Source: the human T2T-CHM13v2.0 reference genome, Homo sapiens
DNA length: 64,000 nt
Direction: 5' to 3' (one strand)
Assembly: GCF_009914755.1 (NCBI RefSeq)
Contig: NC_060931.1
This document shows, piece by piece, positions 39,691 through 57,373 of the stretch; the first letter of the stretch is position 1; each line of letters begins with the position of its first letter. The position numbers were made by a program, and so were the translations under genes. Below the pieces are notes generated by a model that had not been told where the DNA came from, did no database searches, and saw nothing but the letters and a program-made list of their open reading frames with translations.

Positions 39691-40499
39691 GAAAAGAGGC
39701 ATAAAAAAATATGTGTTTATAGTTAAAATTAGTCAGATCTCCCTTGCTCATCCTGGTTTCTTTTTGTAATATTGCCCAAGCTTAAGTAGTTTTAATGAGC
39801 AATAGCAAGTGGCTTATAAAAGATACTGGCAAATTGAAAATGTCTTAAATCATTGAAGATCCATTGAAAAATTATGAATTTATTATAGTAAATGTGCTTC
39901 TTGGGAATAAAGGTTTCTTATTTCTAGACCGGCTAAAAAAAACAAAAAAAGGAATTCATGCCAAAAATGAATTTTCAGTCAATATACTGGGAAAGGAGTC
40001 AAGAAACTCTGCCTTGTCCAGACATAAGTGCACAGTGAATCAGTCAGCATCCTGACAGCAACTTAACATGACCCGCACCTATTTTAGAACAGGTTGTTAA
40101 CACATAAAGCTGCCAGATTGTCCTGCTTAATGGATAGACAGTGACATTTGGGTTTAATTTTATCTAAGCAAAATGTGCTGTTTTAGAAATAAGATAAAAA
40201 TTAAAATAAGACTATTTCAAGGTTTACCCACAAAATGCAGACCCAGTGCATCTGATCATCATGGCCAATAAGATGATCTGTGAGTTTGTTGCGTTTCCTG
40301 TTTTGCTATGGTTCTTGTTTTTCATTATCTTGGTAGCTGAAGTACTTAACTTGCCTACTATGTGTCAACTTGGCTATTATTTCATAAGCTTAACTTTAAA
40401 ATGCTGTTAATGCTGCATCTATCATGCAGTCTCTTGGAAGAAGATTTTAAAATGGATTTCAAATGTTTCTTTACAGTCTTAAAACATATTTACAATCTA

Positions 40500-42040
40500 T
40501 CTTTAATTTATCTAGTTGTAGAATCAGATACATTCTTTCAGACATTCTTTAAAGTGCATAGACACTTTAAATTTTTTGAATATTTAACAAAAACTCATCA
40601 AATATTTGGAAAACCTGAAAACATATGAAAAAATAAAAATCACTCCCAATGGCACCACATAAATTTACATTTCTGTATATATGTACTATTTATAAAATAG
40701 TATCATAACTGTTGATATTTTATATCATGTATATTTCAAAAAAAAATCAATAAATATATTTGAAAATATACTTATAATGGCTTCACGTCATTTCATATTA
40801 GGAACCTTATATAATTTATTTAAACTTCCCCACTTTTTGTATATTAACATATTTTATAGTTATTCAACATTTTTTCAATGTTGTAAACATCTTGGTACAT
40901 CATGTTAATCTCTGTTAATCTTTTAAAATATGTTCTTTGGAATAGAATTATTGTGTCCAAGATATGAAGAGTTTTAAGGATCTTGATAACCCTTGTCAAC
41001 TCACTTCCCAGAAAGTTTATAGTAGTTCATTCTTCTACCTGTATATAAAGAAACATATCAAGATTTCTGGATCATCATTGAATATTTAAAAAGTAATAAT
41101 AAACCTTTGACAACTGGTTAGCTGGAAAACTGCTATCTTCACATTATTTTAGTTTCTGTTTCTTTGACACCAGTAAAGTCTCACAGTTCTTTATAAATTT
41201 ATTAATTGTATTTGCATTCTTAAAACTTCTGTGCTCATATTTTGCCCTTATTGATTTGTGATAATTTTGTATGTGTGGAATATATTGTAATATTTGTTTA
41301 ATGTATTTTAACATTTATCAATAGCTTAATTTTACAATTTGTATTTCATTATACATTTCTCTATACAAGTTTTAAATGCTATATAATCAAAGCTATAAAT
41401 GTTTCTTCATAATATCCTTTTCTTCATACATAGAAATGCATCCCCCATCTTATGATTAATTTAATGTTCACTTTGTAAATAGTTTTTATGCATCTTTTTA
41501 AAAACATTCTTTATTCCACTTGTAATTTATTTTTATGTATGTGTCAAGTACAATTTAATTTTTTTCACAAATAGTGTTCCCAACCTTTGAACCTTCATAC
41601 TTTTCCTTATCTAATTGTGATGTTTCCTTTAACATATATTAAATTTGCATCTATAGTAGGTTCTATGTTAGTGCTGTTTGCTTTTTTCTATTGATCTATC
41701 AATTCATTTTTTTAGTAATTGATTAACCAAGCCTTTATTAATTCACACTTCTAAATGTTCTAGTCAATTTTTACTCTCCATTTATTATTCTATATAAATT
41801 TTCAAAAAAATTCTCCAGTTAGAAACATCCCAGTGAGATTTGACCTATTCATTAATATGGAAAAAAAAATCACAACTTCCCCAAATTCACTGTTTCCATT
41901 GAAGAATGTAGTAGATCTCTTCATTTATTCACATTTTCTTTTATATTAAAAATAGTTCATATCTTTGTTCCTTTATGAACTTGCTTGGTGTTTTGTGCTT
42001 TTCACGGTAAATGTGAATGGAATCCCATTGTATCCTCTAA
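40500..42040 (-). mobile_element. old L1ME fragments
   Basis: very T-rich antisense L1-like motifs ('ttcccagaaagtttatagtagttcattc', 'ttattccacttgtaatttatttttatgtatgtgtcaagta'). Confidence 0.5.
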
Positions 42041-44157
42041 TTGGTTATTTGAGTGTGCCAGTTGTCCAGAACTTCCTGAGTGACCCCAATCAGAAAGGGG
42101 CACAGCAGATGTTCTTGCTCTGCGTCAGCTTTCAGTGAAAGTACGTGGGCATAAGATTTCAAAACAGCAATCTTATCATTGCTAAATAATACTATTATGG
42201 TAAGATAAGTTAGTAGCATATAATAACATAATACATAAATATAATAACACATTATTTTTGTCATTTGATGAATTGTGTTTTCTACTCCCTTTTATATACT
42301 TTTTCTTACACAGATTGGGTTTTCTTCTCACTTCTAATATTATTTTTAGCTCGTTCCTTTAATTGTTATTTGTATATACGTTGATATTTTTGTCTCTGTT
42401 CCTATTATCACTGAGCAGTCAACATTGGGTTTTTCTCTTATGATGGAACAAATTCACTGTTATAGACATAAAACTAGGTAACTATAATGATTGTAGTACA
42501 ATAACAATGAGTTTGTGCTTAGTGTTTTGTTGAAATTATAGAAGGTTGACAGGAAAAAAATGTGGTACTTCATCCACAGATTTTATTTTATACCTGAAGC
42601 TCAAGTAAAGCTAGTTTAATAGAAGCTATCCTCATGCATATCGTTTAAGCTCAAGAAATAAATCTTCTGACATTGTCAACTTTTAATTTTAGCACCCAAA
42701 AAGTAGAGAATGCTTTAAGTGAACTGTTATGATGCTGTAAAATAATATTTATTAAATTGAGAATATGTCAGTGATTCATTATCATGTAAAGAAATAGGTT
42801 ACCAAACAGTGTCATTGAATTTAAGTAAAGTCCAAATTTATTATATATAAATATATAACATCTAGAGAAACATACATGCATGGGCAAAACTGTTAATAGC
42901 AGTTATTTGTAGGGCATAGGATTACAAGTGATTTTTAAAGTATTTTTGCCTACCTGTATTTTTTCTAATTTATTTGAAATAGGCATGCATTATTATGTCA
43001 TAAAGATCAAAATTATTAATATGTTTTAACAAAAAATAACTCAACTTTAGAAAGATAGATAAATTACATTAGCTTAAATGCATCTAAGTATAGGAAAATA
43101 TACTAACTACTTATCAAGATTAGCCTGTGAATATTTTGAGCTTTCATTGAAAAGTTTGAATAGTAAACAAATTACCAACATAGAAATTCTCTCTCTGAAA
43201 GCATGTCCAGTGTCTAAGAAACATAAAATCTAATTGCTCACCTTTGAGACTCTCCTTGGTCCTGTGAGACATATGCATTTAATTGGATGTCTCACTACCA
43301 AAATAAGCATATGTAAGAAATGACTCCCTTTGTTCTTTTCCATTATCCTTATGTTCAAACTTTCCATCTCCTTGAATGATTTTACCATTTTGATTATATA
43401 GTGCCTCAGGCATCTACTTTTTATCTCTTTAAACTTATTCTTAAATAAAGAGGTTACCTGGACTCTTATAACTCATATTTTTCCAGAATTACCTCTTTTT
43501 AATGATATGAATTAAAATATCCTCTTATTTTGCATAAAGTTTCTATTTAAGTTTTGAGACATTCAAAAGTACTTTTATTTTGAAGCCTTTGAAGAGAGGA
43601 GGAAACCAAAACTCTGCTTCCTAACACTGGAAGGTAGTTGAAATTGGAAAACAAATGGCTTGATATATATACTATAAAAAGTGGTATTTTTTAGGTCTTT
43701 TGGTTACACCTGAAGTGGTTAACAGTAAGTGCAATGTTTGAGCTAGTATTATAGCCTAAACAAACCATACTATCTGAATTACCATAATTAGCTAAATTAG
43801 GTTTCATAAATGTCGTTGCATGTATACTGAATAAAAGTTTAAATTCCAGATGGGTAAAGATAGGCTGTATGATAATTTAACTTCACAGCAAGCCAATCCT
43901 TAACATTGAATGACAGGAAGATCCACAGAGAAAATTTGCCATGTATAATTTTGTAGACTCTGTACTCGTGGGCAAATTTAATTTTACTTGGAAAGTTTGT
44001 CTTAGCAAATCAAGGTTTTGGGTTAGATCATTTGGGTCATAAACTCAGCTTTCTTATCAAATGGAGAAAGACAACAAAAATAGAACATCTGAAGATACAA
44101 AGTATTTAATAACCAGGTGATGTGTTCATAGGTGTTCTTTAATCAAAAGTTGATTCT

Positions 44158-44499
<342 letters not shown>

Positions 44500-47393
44500 T
44501 TATTTTATTCTCAGAGAAAAGACTTATTTTGTTTCCAGTGACAGATGATTGTGACTGCTGTCACTATCAACCGTTGTTTATCAATGCCACTTCAGTCTTA
44601 AGCATGTCTTGCTTCAAATTCTTTGGTGGATGATAACCACTCTGATGACAGTATACTATCTCCAGAGGGTTCTAAGTCCTTCTTCAAGCCTTCACAAACT
44701 ACCTATATTTCTTCACAAGCACACATCCAACCCTTTCATTTCAGTTAAAATATTTTTTGGATTATTTCATACTCTTCTTTGAAATTTTTCCTCAAAATAT
44801 ATGCAACATATGAAATACATTCAATGCCATTCAGTCAACTCAGTAGACTACCTCCTCACTTTTAAAAGAAATCTAGGTAAGAAGAGAGAGTAGGATGAAA
44901 GTTAAAAGTGTGAAGATGGATAGTGATCTGTCACCAAAAATAAGTTCCTAGTGATCTATGAAGATCCTACATGAGCGCTCCCTGGACTGTCAAATCTTGA
45001 GTTCTGTGATTTCTCACCTCTTGATCCTCATGCCTTTTCTTCTACCTGGAACATTCAGTCCCTTTTCTCAGGTCTCTTCTTTGTCAGTCTTCTTCAAGGT
45101 CTTTAATGGTTCATCTCTAATTCTATCATTTCTTTGCCACATTTCTAGACTTCTGCTATCAACTGATCTCCTTTTTATGTCCTCGGATATTCTTTAGTAA
45201 CTTCTTTAAAGGACGTGAAATATGCAAGAAGTATCATCTACCTTGAACAAATTCACTTTAAGAGATATGGAATCCTAGAATTCAAACTTAGATCTGTGGT
45301 TATTTTCTATCTGAAAGTTATTTTTCTTAGGAGCACTGTATTTCTCCCTATTACAGTAATATTTTGGCCACTTATGGCAATAACGTGTGTATGTGTTTGT
45401 GTGTGTATTTTGTCAGAGCACTGCTGCTAGAATTTTTAGTAGAATGCAGTTGATAAATTGTTAATCAATATGAAACAGAGACTTTCTTTAGGGTAAGGCC
45501 ACAATCAGAAGCATTTTTAGAATTCAAAATATTTATAATGATTTTTTTTAGTAGAAAATCAGCACCCTGATTTTAACTTGGTGGGGGGGGTGGTAAAAAT
45601 TTTGAGAAAAATTGGTTTCCTTGATAGGGAGTTATCAAGGAAAACAAAACTTTGATTTCCTTTACATAAGTGTAAACAGAAATGAAGAAATATGTCTTTA
45701 TAATACATATACTAAATAAATATATGTATTTTTATATATGCTTGTATACATACCTGTTTGCATATTTGTAAGTGCTCGAGGTAAGTTCAAGGTGGAATGG
45801 GTTGAAAGGAGAATGTTTAGGTTATCTGAAATAATATAAACCAAATTCCTCTCAATTTAGTTAGGAGGTTAGAAAGCTACTTCATGAAGAATATTTTTGG
45901 GACAAATTTTAAGGTAACCTTAAAAAAGATTTGCTAATATGTATTTTCTTGTATATCATGTGAACAATCACTTCCTGAAATTTCTTAGTTTTATCACTAC
46001 AAAATAGTCACACCATAACCGCCTTGTCAAAGATTTTAAATGGAAAGAAACAAAATATAAAAACTACAAAGAAACTGAAATCCACAGAAACAGAAAAAAA
46101 ATTCTATATTTCATTATTTTAATGGATCCTAAAATGCGTAAGCACTTTGATAGATTCTTTTTTATATAGGATTTCCTGGTTTTCAAAGTATATAATGCAA
46201 CAAAAAAGTGAACCCAGCTTCTTTTTTTCTTGTTCATTGGAGCTATCACATCTCATCTATCAGACCTCTAAGTAGAATTTTTAAAGTGGGGTACTCTCTC
46301 ACGCCCAAGCACTATGTAATTAGCATATGAATGTGTAACGGATTGTTTGAAGTAACAATTAAGGGAACAATACATAAAGGAACTGAAGAGAGCTACCAAC
46401 ACCTGGGAATCTTGTATTGAAAAAGCTTTCTTAATGTAAGTAATTAAAAACCAAGGATAAATGTTCATTGTGTAGGGATAAAACTCTACAAGGAAAGCTA
46501 AAATTCTGCTGATGTTTTGCTGTTATCCTTTAGAAGGAATCATTAAAACAAGAGCTTACTTTTTTATTTATTTCAATAAAATGCTTGTTAAATACAGGTT
46601 TTGCATGGTATCTGATCTCCTGAAGTCACCACAATGCATAACAAAAATGTCTTACATTTCTAAAATATTCATATTTAAAATGTATATAAAATGTCAAGGA
46701 ATCTTCTTCCTATGGCCAGTGCAGTTTCAGAGAAAATTTCAATTGATTGCCAGGTTAAATCACGTATATAGTCAATTCTTTATAATTTATTTGTCCAAGT
46801 AATTCCTGCTAATGAATCTGTAGCCCGCTCTATTGTTTTGCACTATTTTGTGTCTCTTGAAGGCAAGCATGCTATAGAGGCTCCTGCTGAGGCGGAGCAC
46901 CTTAGGAGAGTAACCAGTAGCTCAGGATTCTTAGGAATCGTTGATATTGAGGGAGGATAAATGAAGTGGAAGGCAGGGACCCCGCATTATGGTTTCCATT
47001 TTTTATCACTTGCTGCCTGTACAAACCACTTATGTTTTTTGGCATAAATCTTCTTATCTCTAAAATAAGAATTACTTTTTTCTAGACTGTTAAGTCTCAG
47101 TCAGTAACCTTTTATGGCCCTTTCTAATATCCAGTTGTATATATTCATTTGTAATAAAGAAACTCTTAACCCCGGAATTTAACTTAAATCAGTTTAGTCT
47201 TAAATAACTAGCATTTTATGGAACAACCATATTTGAAAAATAAATTGTGAGCCTAAGATTTCATTTGTAAGTAGAAAGTGAAACAAAAATGTATGAATAT
47301 TCATAACAGCATTGTTCATAATAGCCAAAAATTAGAAACAACACAAGTGTCTATTACTTGATGAATGGATGAATAAAATATGGTATATTCAAT

Positions 47394-48327
<934 letters not shown>

Positions 48328-50329
48328 CCATATGATAGAATATTCTTGGACAGTGAAGGAGGATGATGTATTGATACATGCTATGCCATGTATAAACCTC
48401 AAAAGCATTATGTGACGTGAAAGAAGGTGGTCGCAAAAGGCCATGTATTGTATCATTCTGTTTATATGGAAATGTCTAGAATAGTCAAATCTATATAGTC
48501 AAAAATATTAGTGTTTTCCTAGGGCTGGGGGATGGGCGTGGGTGTGGGGTGGCAGCTAAGGGTATGGAATTTCTTTTTAGAGTGATGAAAATGTTCTAAA
48601 ATTGTTTGCAGGAATGATTACAAAACTTCGTAAATATTCTAAAAGCCATTGACTTGTACACTTTAATGGATGAATTGTGTGATACGTAGATTATATTTTA
48701 ATAAAACTATTGTAAAATATAGATTTATGTTGAAATGTCTTATATAGCCAATAGAATATTTACTTAATATATAGATTTTTACAAATTTAAACACAACCAA
48801 AACCTTTATTTTTCCAAAGTACGTTTTGGCTTTGGATAACCTGTGAATTTTAAGTGTGCATTTCTGATAGCTGGCCTGCCTTTTAGTTTTTATAAAATAG
48901 TAACTTATTACCATGTTGTAATAATCAGATAGTATATAACATGAAAGAAAGAAAAATAAATTCTGAAATGTCCTTGAGATATTTGCATCCAATAGAGAAA
49001 ACAAATGTATAAAGAGAATAAGAAGTAATTTCATACTATATAAACAGAGTGCCAATGTATGAATGAATAATGTTCTACAAGTACATTTGTAAACTAGCTA
49101 TTTGTAGCTTTCTCTACAGAAACAGTTCTGCCATCCGCAATCAGGTTCCAAACCTATCCTGCAAAGATTTATTTTACCCACAATGTAGCTGAAATGAAGT
49201 ATTAATGTTAGTACAGTCAGGGATTAAGGGACAATCATACAGGAAGGAGGAGAATGAATCTGAACACTCCCATTTATTGGAAGCAGGCATGGCTCCTGGC
49301 AAAATTTTGAATTATGCAGAGTGAGACTGGTTTTCACCCATCTTCTTTTGTCTATCCCTTGCCCCATGTTCTAGATCTAGAGACTCTCTCTGGGTCATGG
49401 GGCATTGACTATTTTTATGGCCCTAAGTTTCCCATTGCATTACCTAACTCAAGCATCTCTGTTCCTCCAAGTGACAAATTCACTCACGCTATCTGACGTA
49501 ACATTTCTCCGAAACAACATATGAACATTTAAATTCTACTTTCTGACCGCAGCTAATTTTGTTTTGCATTAGGAAGGAAGCAAATTTTGAAAGCGTGATA
49601 AACTCTGGGTACACTAGAAGCATTTTCAGATAAAACTTGGATTGTAAACATAAAGGTATCTTTAATTAATAAGATTTCAGGCATTAGACTTAGGGAATGG
49701 TAACAAAAATTTGGAGGCATGACAAGCTGTCCTTTCTGACTCCAGTCCCTCTTTGGGGCTGAACCCCTCTAAGCTGCTCTTTCATTACCTAAATATGTAC
49801 TTTGTTTCTGCCTGAATGTCAGCATCCTTTAAACACACCCTCTAAAATTTGCACTAGCTACCAGAACTAGGGCATTGGAGTGTATAATATAATGGTGGTG
49901 GTTGAGGTTGAGAGAACACATTGAGAAGATGACATGGAAAGGAGTAATCAAGAACTATTTATGGTATGAATAATTTGGGCATCTTTTATTTTTGGACATA
50001 TATTTTTCTACATACTGATTACTTGGTTTTTCTTTTTTATAGATTGGGCTAATGGATACTACAGACAACAGAGAAAACTTGTTGAAGAGATTGGCTGGTC
50101 CTATACAGGTAAACATATTACTTATATAATGAGATTTAGCAGAAACTTTTATTGTTTTGTATCTATTTTTATATATAAAAGGAAGCTTTGTAGCACAACA
50201 CATCATGTCAACTTAGCTAAATGGATAGTTAGATTAATTAATAGATATATAAAATATAAAACGATATCTTATGGGCTTTCCATAAACAAATTTGGTAATG
50301 TAGGGCTTATTGACATCCACCCAAACTGT

Positions 50330-50520
50330 ATTTGAAGCTCAGGCCCAAGCTGTCTATATACCTTCAAGAAATAACATAACCTGGGGCTCTGTTTTTTTCA
50401 ACGGTGAAATGGGGGGCTGTTCTGAGCATTAAATGAGATAAATAAAGTGTGAAGCACTTGTCACAGAGCCTGCTTCTAAACAGAAAGCTCTCAACAAATG
50501 TTAGCTGCTGGAGTTGTTAT
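50330..50520 (+). mobile_element. MIR
   Basis: 'ctctgtttttttcaacggtgaaatgggg...gagcattaaatgagata...ctcaacaaatgttagctgct'. Confidence 0.7.
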
Positions 50521-50969
50521 GATCATGCTAATGATTATTTTTGTTCATTTAACAAATATTGATGGGATTCTTGCTCTCAGAAGGGGCATTCTTCTGAATT
50601 ACTGTTGTTAATTTATTGGTGTTAGAGTAAAAAATGATTTTGTCACATTACTAGACTTTGCCTAGAACATTATGAACATCTGAAGTTGGCTTGAAATAGT
50701 TACAACCAAAAATCATCAGCAGAAACTCTGGGAGAGAAAGTTCTAGCCCTGAGTGGAAGAATGTGAGTGGAATTTGGGTGAACCATGACATGCCTAGTAA
50801 CCATGTGGGATGGAGTTGAGCATTAGAGTTGGGTACTCATTAGCAGTAAACTTGGGTTGATAAGATAAAGTCAGATTACAAGGGCTTTACCATGAGCCTG
50901 GCCAATTTTACTTAATAGATGAAGTGCAGAAGCATGCTGAATTTTGTAGATAAGGATGTATTTTCTTTC

Positions 50970-52650
<1,681 letters not shown>

Positions 52651-55600
52651 AACTTTACATCTGACAATTGTAACTCATTTTGTCTTCTTTTCCTACGAAA
52701 GAGAAATCCTAGTATTTTATAAAAATCATGACTGTTTTTTAATGCCCCTAATAATTATGAGAAACATGTCAGGAGGGACTAAGAATGCTTAGAGTGCATC
52801 CCTAACCATGGAAGATGACATTACAAGGTGAAATCCTTAGTTTTCCTGGAAAATATCTGCCAGTGTCACCATCTGGGCAATATTTAATGCAGGACATCTT
52901 TTTAAATGATTCATTTAAATATTGCTAGTTGTGGTTTCGGAATGCTACTTCCAGGATAAGCTTTTCCCCAAGAGGTTCTTTATGAGTATTAAAGTTCTAC
53001 ATGTTTGGGCCTTTTATGTTTATATTTTTATTTTTAATTCCTAAGAATATCACAAGCCATCTTTTAAAAATTCACTATTGTGTTGTTTTTAAGATAATGT
53101 TTGCTCCATTAAGAGTAATATATAACTGCTTTAAAAACGTGATACATAGAGATGTTATCACAGAATAAAAGTCAGCCTGGTTTAGTTTTGTTAACAGCTA
53201 ACTTTCTAGTTTCAGAAGTGAAACTAGAAGGAGGTTATTTTCCTCTAACCAATCAATTTTCAAACAGAGAACTCAGATATTTACCAAGTATGTATGAGTA
53301 AAATGAAAAACAAACTTTAATGCACCCTCCACTCTCCCTAAACCCAGAGTTAGAAAACAGAGGACCTACTGCCTAGGGAATAAGAAAATTATAGTTCTCA
53401 GCTCCAAGCAAGGGTGGATGTATGTTGACTAATGGAGTGATGGTGGTGTGTGTTTCCCAGCAGCCCAGGGACCCTATGCATCTTGGGTGTGCCTCCTAAG
53501 GTCAGGAGAAGACAACAGTTTTACCAGGGTTTCAGCAGATATGATAGCAACAGCACATACCATTGTGCAATATCTTATTATCTTAGGAGGCAACCACAGA
53601 GCTGCTCCTTTTAATGGGCTGAGTATAGACACAGCACCTATAGAGTGGCTAGGCTTTGACAGATGGGTCTTTGAAGAAACAATGTGTAGTTCTTTGCTTT
53701 AAAATCAAGTTGAATCATCTTGCTCATAACCTAAGGCCTATTGGCTTTAGCTTCTTTCAGGAAAGTCTAGTGATCAAAGGGATAGACTCATTAAAGCGTG
53801 GTATTTGTTGTAGGGGGGTGGGGTGGCAGATCTCAAAAAGGGATGTTCCAGAGTCAGGGTGAGGATGGAAGCTTACCAAAGTTTTTTAAAGAGTGAATTG
53901 CTTTATTTATATTAGTGCTTCCCATTGGTTTGGAAAATTATTCCTAGAATATTTGAGGATCCTAGGAAGAAACTAAAGATGAGTACATTTTACAACCCTT
54001 CGTTTAGCTCAAAACTGAGATGACATAATTATTTTGTCTGAATTACTAGACTATCAAAGAGAAAACAAATAAATGAAATTCTTTATCCAAATAAATGTAT
54101 TTCACCCAAGCAAATTACATTAAAACCAAACCTTTAACGTGGATTATTCACTATAAAGTGAATTATCACTTTTTATTTTTAATACAAATATTTAAAGTTT
54201 GGTAGTATTTTTTAATTTCTATGCTATTTTTCCATTTAGAAAATGAACGACTATGCTAACTGCTTGAAATAACTGTATGAAAATAATGAAATGTTAGTCT
54301 TATCATTCTTAAATGTAACTAATTTTGTGAATGGCTTGAGGAAATTGGACTTGACCACATTCAGTTCTAGTTTCACCTTAACAGTTTATCTTGTTGAGCT
54401 GTATGTTTGTATTCCTTCCCATATTGTCTCATCATTTAAATTTATCAAATTAGTGGCAATCACGGAAGAAATGGCTTGCCCTTGAGTGTCTGAACATATA
54501 GGATTCTATTAATAAAAATTACTAAGTACATTATAAGGCTTGTCTGCAAAAGAACTAATAAGCCATTTAGAAATATTACATTACACATCAAACATTATTT
54601 AAATGCAATCACTTGAGCTAAAGTAATTATGAAAAAAATTACACAATTATGATATATGAAGTAACAATGTAAATCCCCGCTGGCTACCAGATGGGTGGAG
54701 AAAGGGAGGAGAGGTAATACTCTTTTAGTTGTGTTTTATGCATAGGTTAAGAAAAACTTTCTATTCAGGATGTATGCTACAATTATGCTAAGAAATGACA
54801 GGGTTGGTAAATACAGTTGACAGTCCCATTTTTAAAAGTTAATATAGGAGGTTGAGCAAGGCTTGCTTGTCACTTTGTGATGAAAGAGTGAATTGTAAAT
54901 CTGGGAATGTCAGCACTAAGAATCTGACTCTTTCTGTAACAACTTCATTTCATTTAAGGGTTTCAGAAAATAAATGTCACTCTTCCTAGTAACCTTAAGT
55001 TTTCTATGACAATTCCTAAACAAAGACAGTTCAGTGAAAAAAAAAAAAAAAAGATAAAGTGAAGTCATTTTATTTTTTTTAATCTCATGAACACATAGCC
55101 CAAGATTATCCTAGGAGATGTTAAAAATCTTCTTTTCGAGTTGTTAGATCTTTGATTGCAACCTCAAGCAATGATAAGATCATCAGAAATGGGAATACTT
55201 TAACTGCTTTATTCTTAGAAGTAGTACGACAGAAATATAATCTTTATTTTCTGGACTTTAAAAATATTATATTATTTCTTTTTCACCAATCTTTAAAGCA
55301 GCTTGAAATTGAAAATTTTATATTGATATGTTCTCAGGTATTCTTAAAACCTTAACACCTTTAAAATTTTAGTTAAAGAATGCATTCGATTCAAATAAGA
55401 AAGTATGGCTGTTCTGGTCACACACAAGTCTGTTATACCTCGCTGGATATGCTAGAATGAGAGAGTCTTTAAATACCGAATTGATTCTATTTCTGTAAAT
55501 AGAATATCCTGTCTAAATAGTCTTTCCATTTTGATAACTGTATGTAGAAAATGCTACTTATAGAAAACAAAAAGGCCATAATTTAAGGTTGTGTATAGTA

Positions 55601-56304
55601 TAGTTTGGTGTTTGGCTTTTATTTTTGGTTTAGTGTTTTATTTCTTTTGGCCCAGGAGAAAGTAAGCCAAATTTTACTCAGAAAGAAAATTTGAATCCAT
55701 GTAGAATAATGACGGATTTTTGGCCTTTCTTTAACTTCTATAATCTAGAATATCCTTTTAACATATTATATTTTCCTCTTTGATTCACCACTTCTTATAT
55801 AAACAGACTGTTCCTTTCTAATTTCCAATTGAGCAGTAGAAAAGAGAGTTCCAGAACTCTAACTATAGAATTATCTCATTTCTGTTAAAAAATATGTATT
55901 TATATGGACATAGATGAAAGGCTGGAATGATATATACTCTACCCTGTTGACCATGGTTACCCCTGGAGAGTGAGTCTCTAGATGTGGATGAAACCATAGG
56001 AGGCAGGAGCTTCACTTCTCACTGTATACTATTCATACTGGAGGAAAAAATAATTTTTGACAAATATGTTGACACAAAATATTTTCAACTTAACGTGAAC
56101 TAATTTTAGCAAGAAGGGCAAAGGTAGTTGGACAAGAACCGTAGCTTCGTGTAGTCACCTGTCAAAATGTAGGGCCTCTGCTTGGCTGAATCTCAGTGAG
56201 AGGATATCACAGACCCTAACAAGAGCATGGACAGTGCTCAGTGCAGGTTTTCTGATCATCATTAACCTACAGACTGACTAGGCTGCTTAAGAGCTCTGCA
56301 TTTC

Positions 56305-56393
56305 GAGCTTGCAGTGAGCCGAGATCGCGCCACTGCACTCTAGCCTGGGCAACAAAGCGAGACTCCGTCTCAAAAAAAAAAAAAAAAAAAAAA
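56305..56393 (+). mobile_element. severely 5'-truncated AluY stub
   Basis: 'gagcttgcagtgagccgagatcgcgccactgcactctagcctgggcaacaaagcgagactccgtctc' + pure A tail; perfect 15-bp TSD agctctgcatttcga (56292-56306 / 56394-56408). Confidence 0.93.
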
Positions 56394-56789
56394 AGCTCTG
56401 CATTTCGATTTTCCCGTTTGTAAAATACTTCTTAATAATGCCCAACTTAATTGTGTGCAGATCAAATAGATGCTTCACATTGTTGCAGAAAAGCTCTTTG
56501 AGCAAGTACATTATGAATCCAAGTAATTATTATTGAACAGTGTCTTAACTTGATCCCAAACAGATTGAACAAGCCTGGGCCCATCCGATAATCTCACAAG
56601 AGGATTTAGAAGTGGTTGATTTGCTTGAATGGATATTATAGACAGATATTTCCTATCATCTGTAGATTTTTTTTAAAGTTTAGCTAAGATTTATATTCTG
56701 GTCAAACTTTTTCTATGCTAGATAATGGTGACTAAAGCAAGCCTCGTTGTGGAGGCTGAACAGGGTTCAGTTAAGTGATCTGAAACTCA

Positions 56790-57000
56790 GAACCTATGTG
56801 TATTGACTCTATTCATGAAAATTGCTAAGAGTAGATTTTAGGTGTTCTCACCACACACACACAAAACAGATAAGGATGTGAGGTAACGTATATTTGAATT
56901 AGCTCAATTTAGTCATTCCACCGTGTATCCATATTTCACAACCACATGTGTATACAATAAATATATACAATGTGTGTTTGTTGATCAAAAGATAAATAAA
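56790..57000 (+). mobile_element. L1MA-type extreme 3' end
   Basis: 'aaaattgctaagagtagattttaggtgttctcaccacac...gtgaggtaacgtatatttgaattagctcaatttagtcattccac...aataaatatatacaat'. Confidence 0.8.
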
Positions 57001-57373
57001 TATGCTTAACAATTTTATTTGGTCGCAACTCTTATGTAGTATGGACTTAAAAAAATTAAGATGTGGCTACAGAATAGCATCGCAATTAGATAATCATTGT
57101 TTATTTTCTCTGCTAGTAAAACTAAATGCTAATGTGTCTCCCCTATTAAAAAAAAAGTTAAAATTGCATAGATTCTTTACTGAGTCCAGCTTCACAAGTA
57201 TCATTGCTGGTAGCATCTAGTAGAAGCTTCAATGGGATGGGCAAGTCCTAGCAGCTCAGAATGAGGAAACTTGGCCCCTTCTTCTTCTGTCTGAGCTGGA
57301 ACTGTCTGGGCTTTGTGTAGGACGCATTGTGCTTCTTCCCCTTGCTGGGCCTCCTTTACTTCAATCTCTGTGG

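Noticed and set aside
48663-49055. 130-aa hydrophobic ORF resembling a signal peptide
   Set aside because: Non-ATG start in very AT-rich DNA; F/I/L/K/Y bias is compositional
56219-56239. REST/RE1-like catggacagtgct
   Set aside because: Only the right half-site matches; TCAGCACC half is absent
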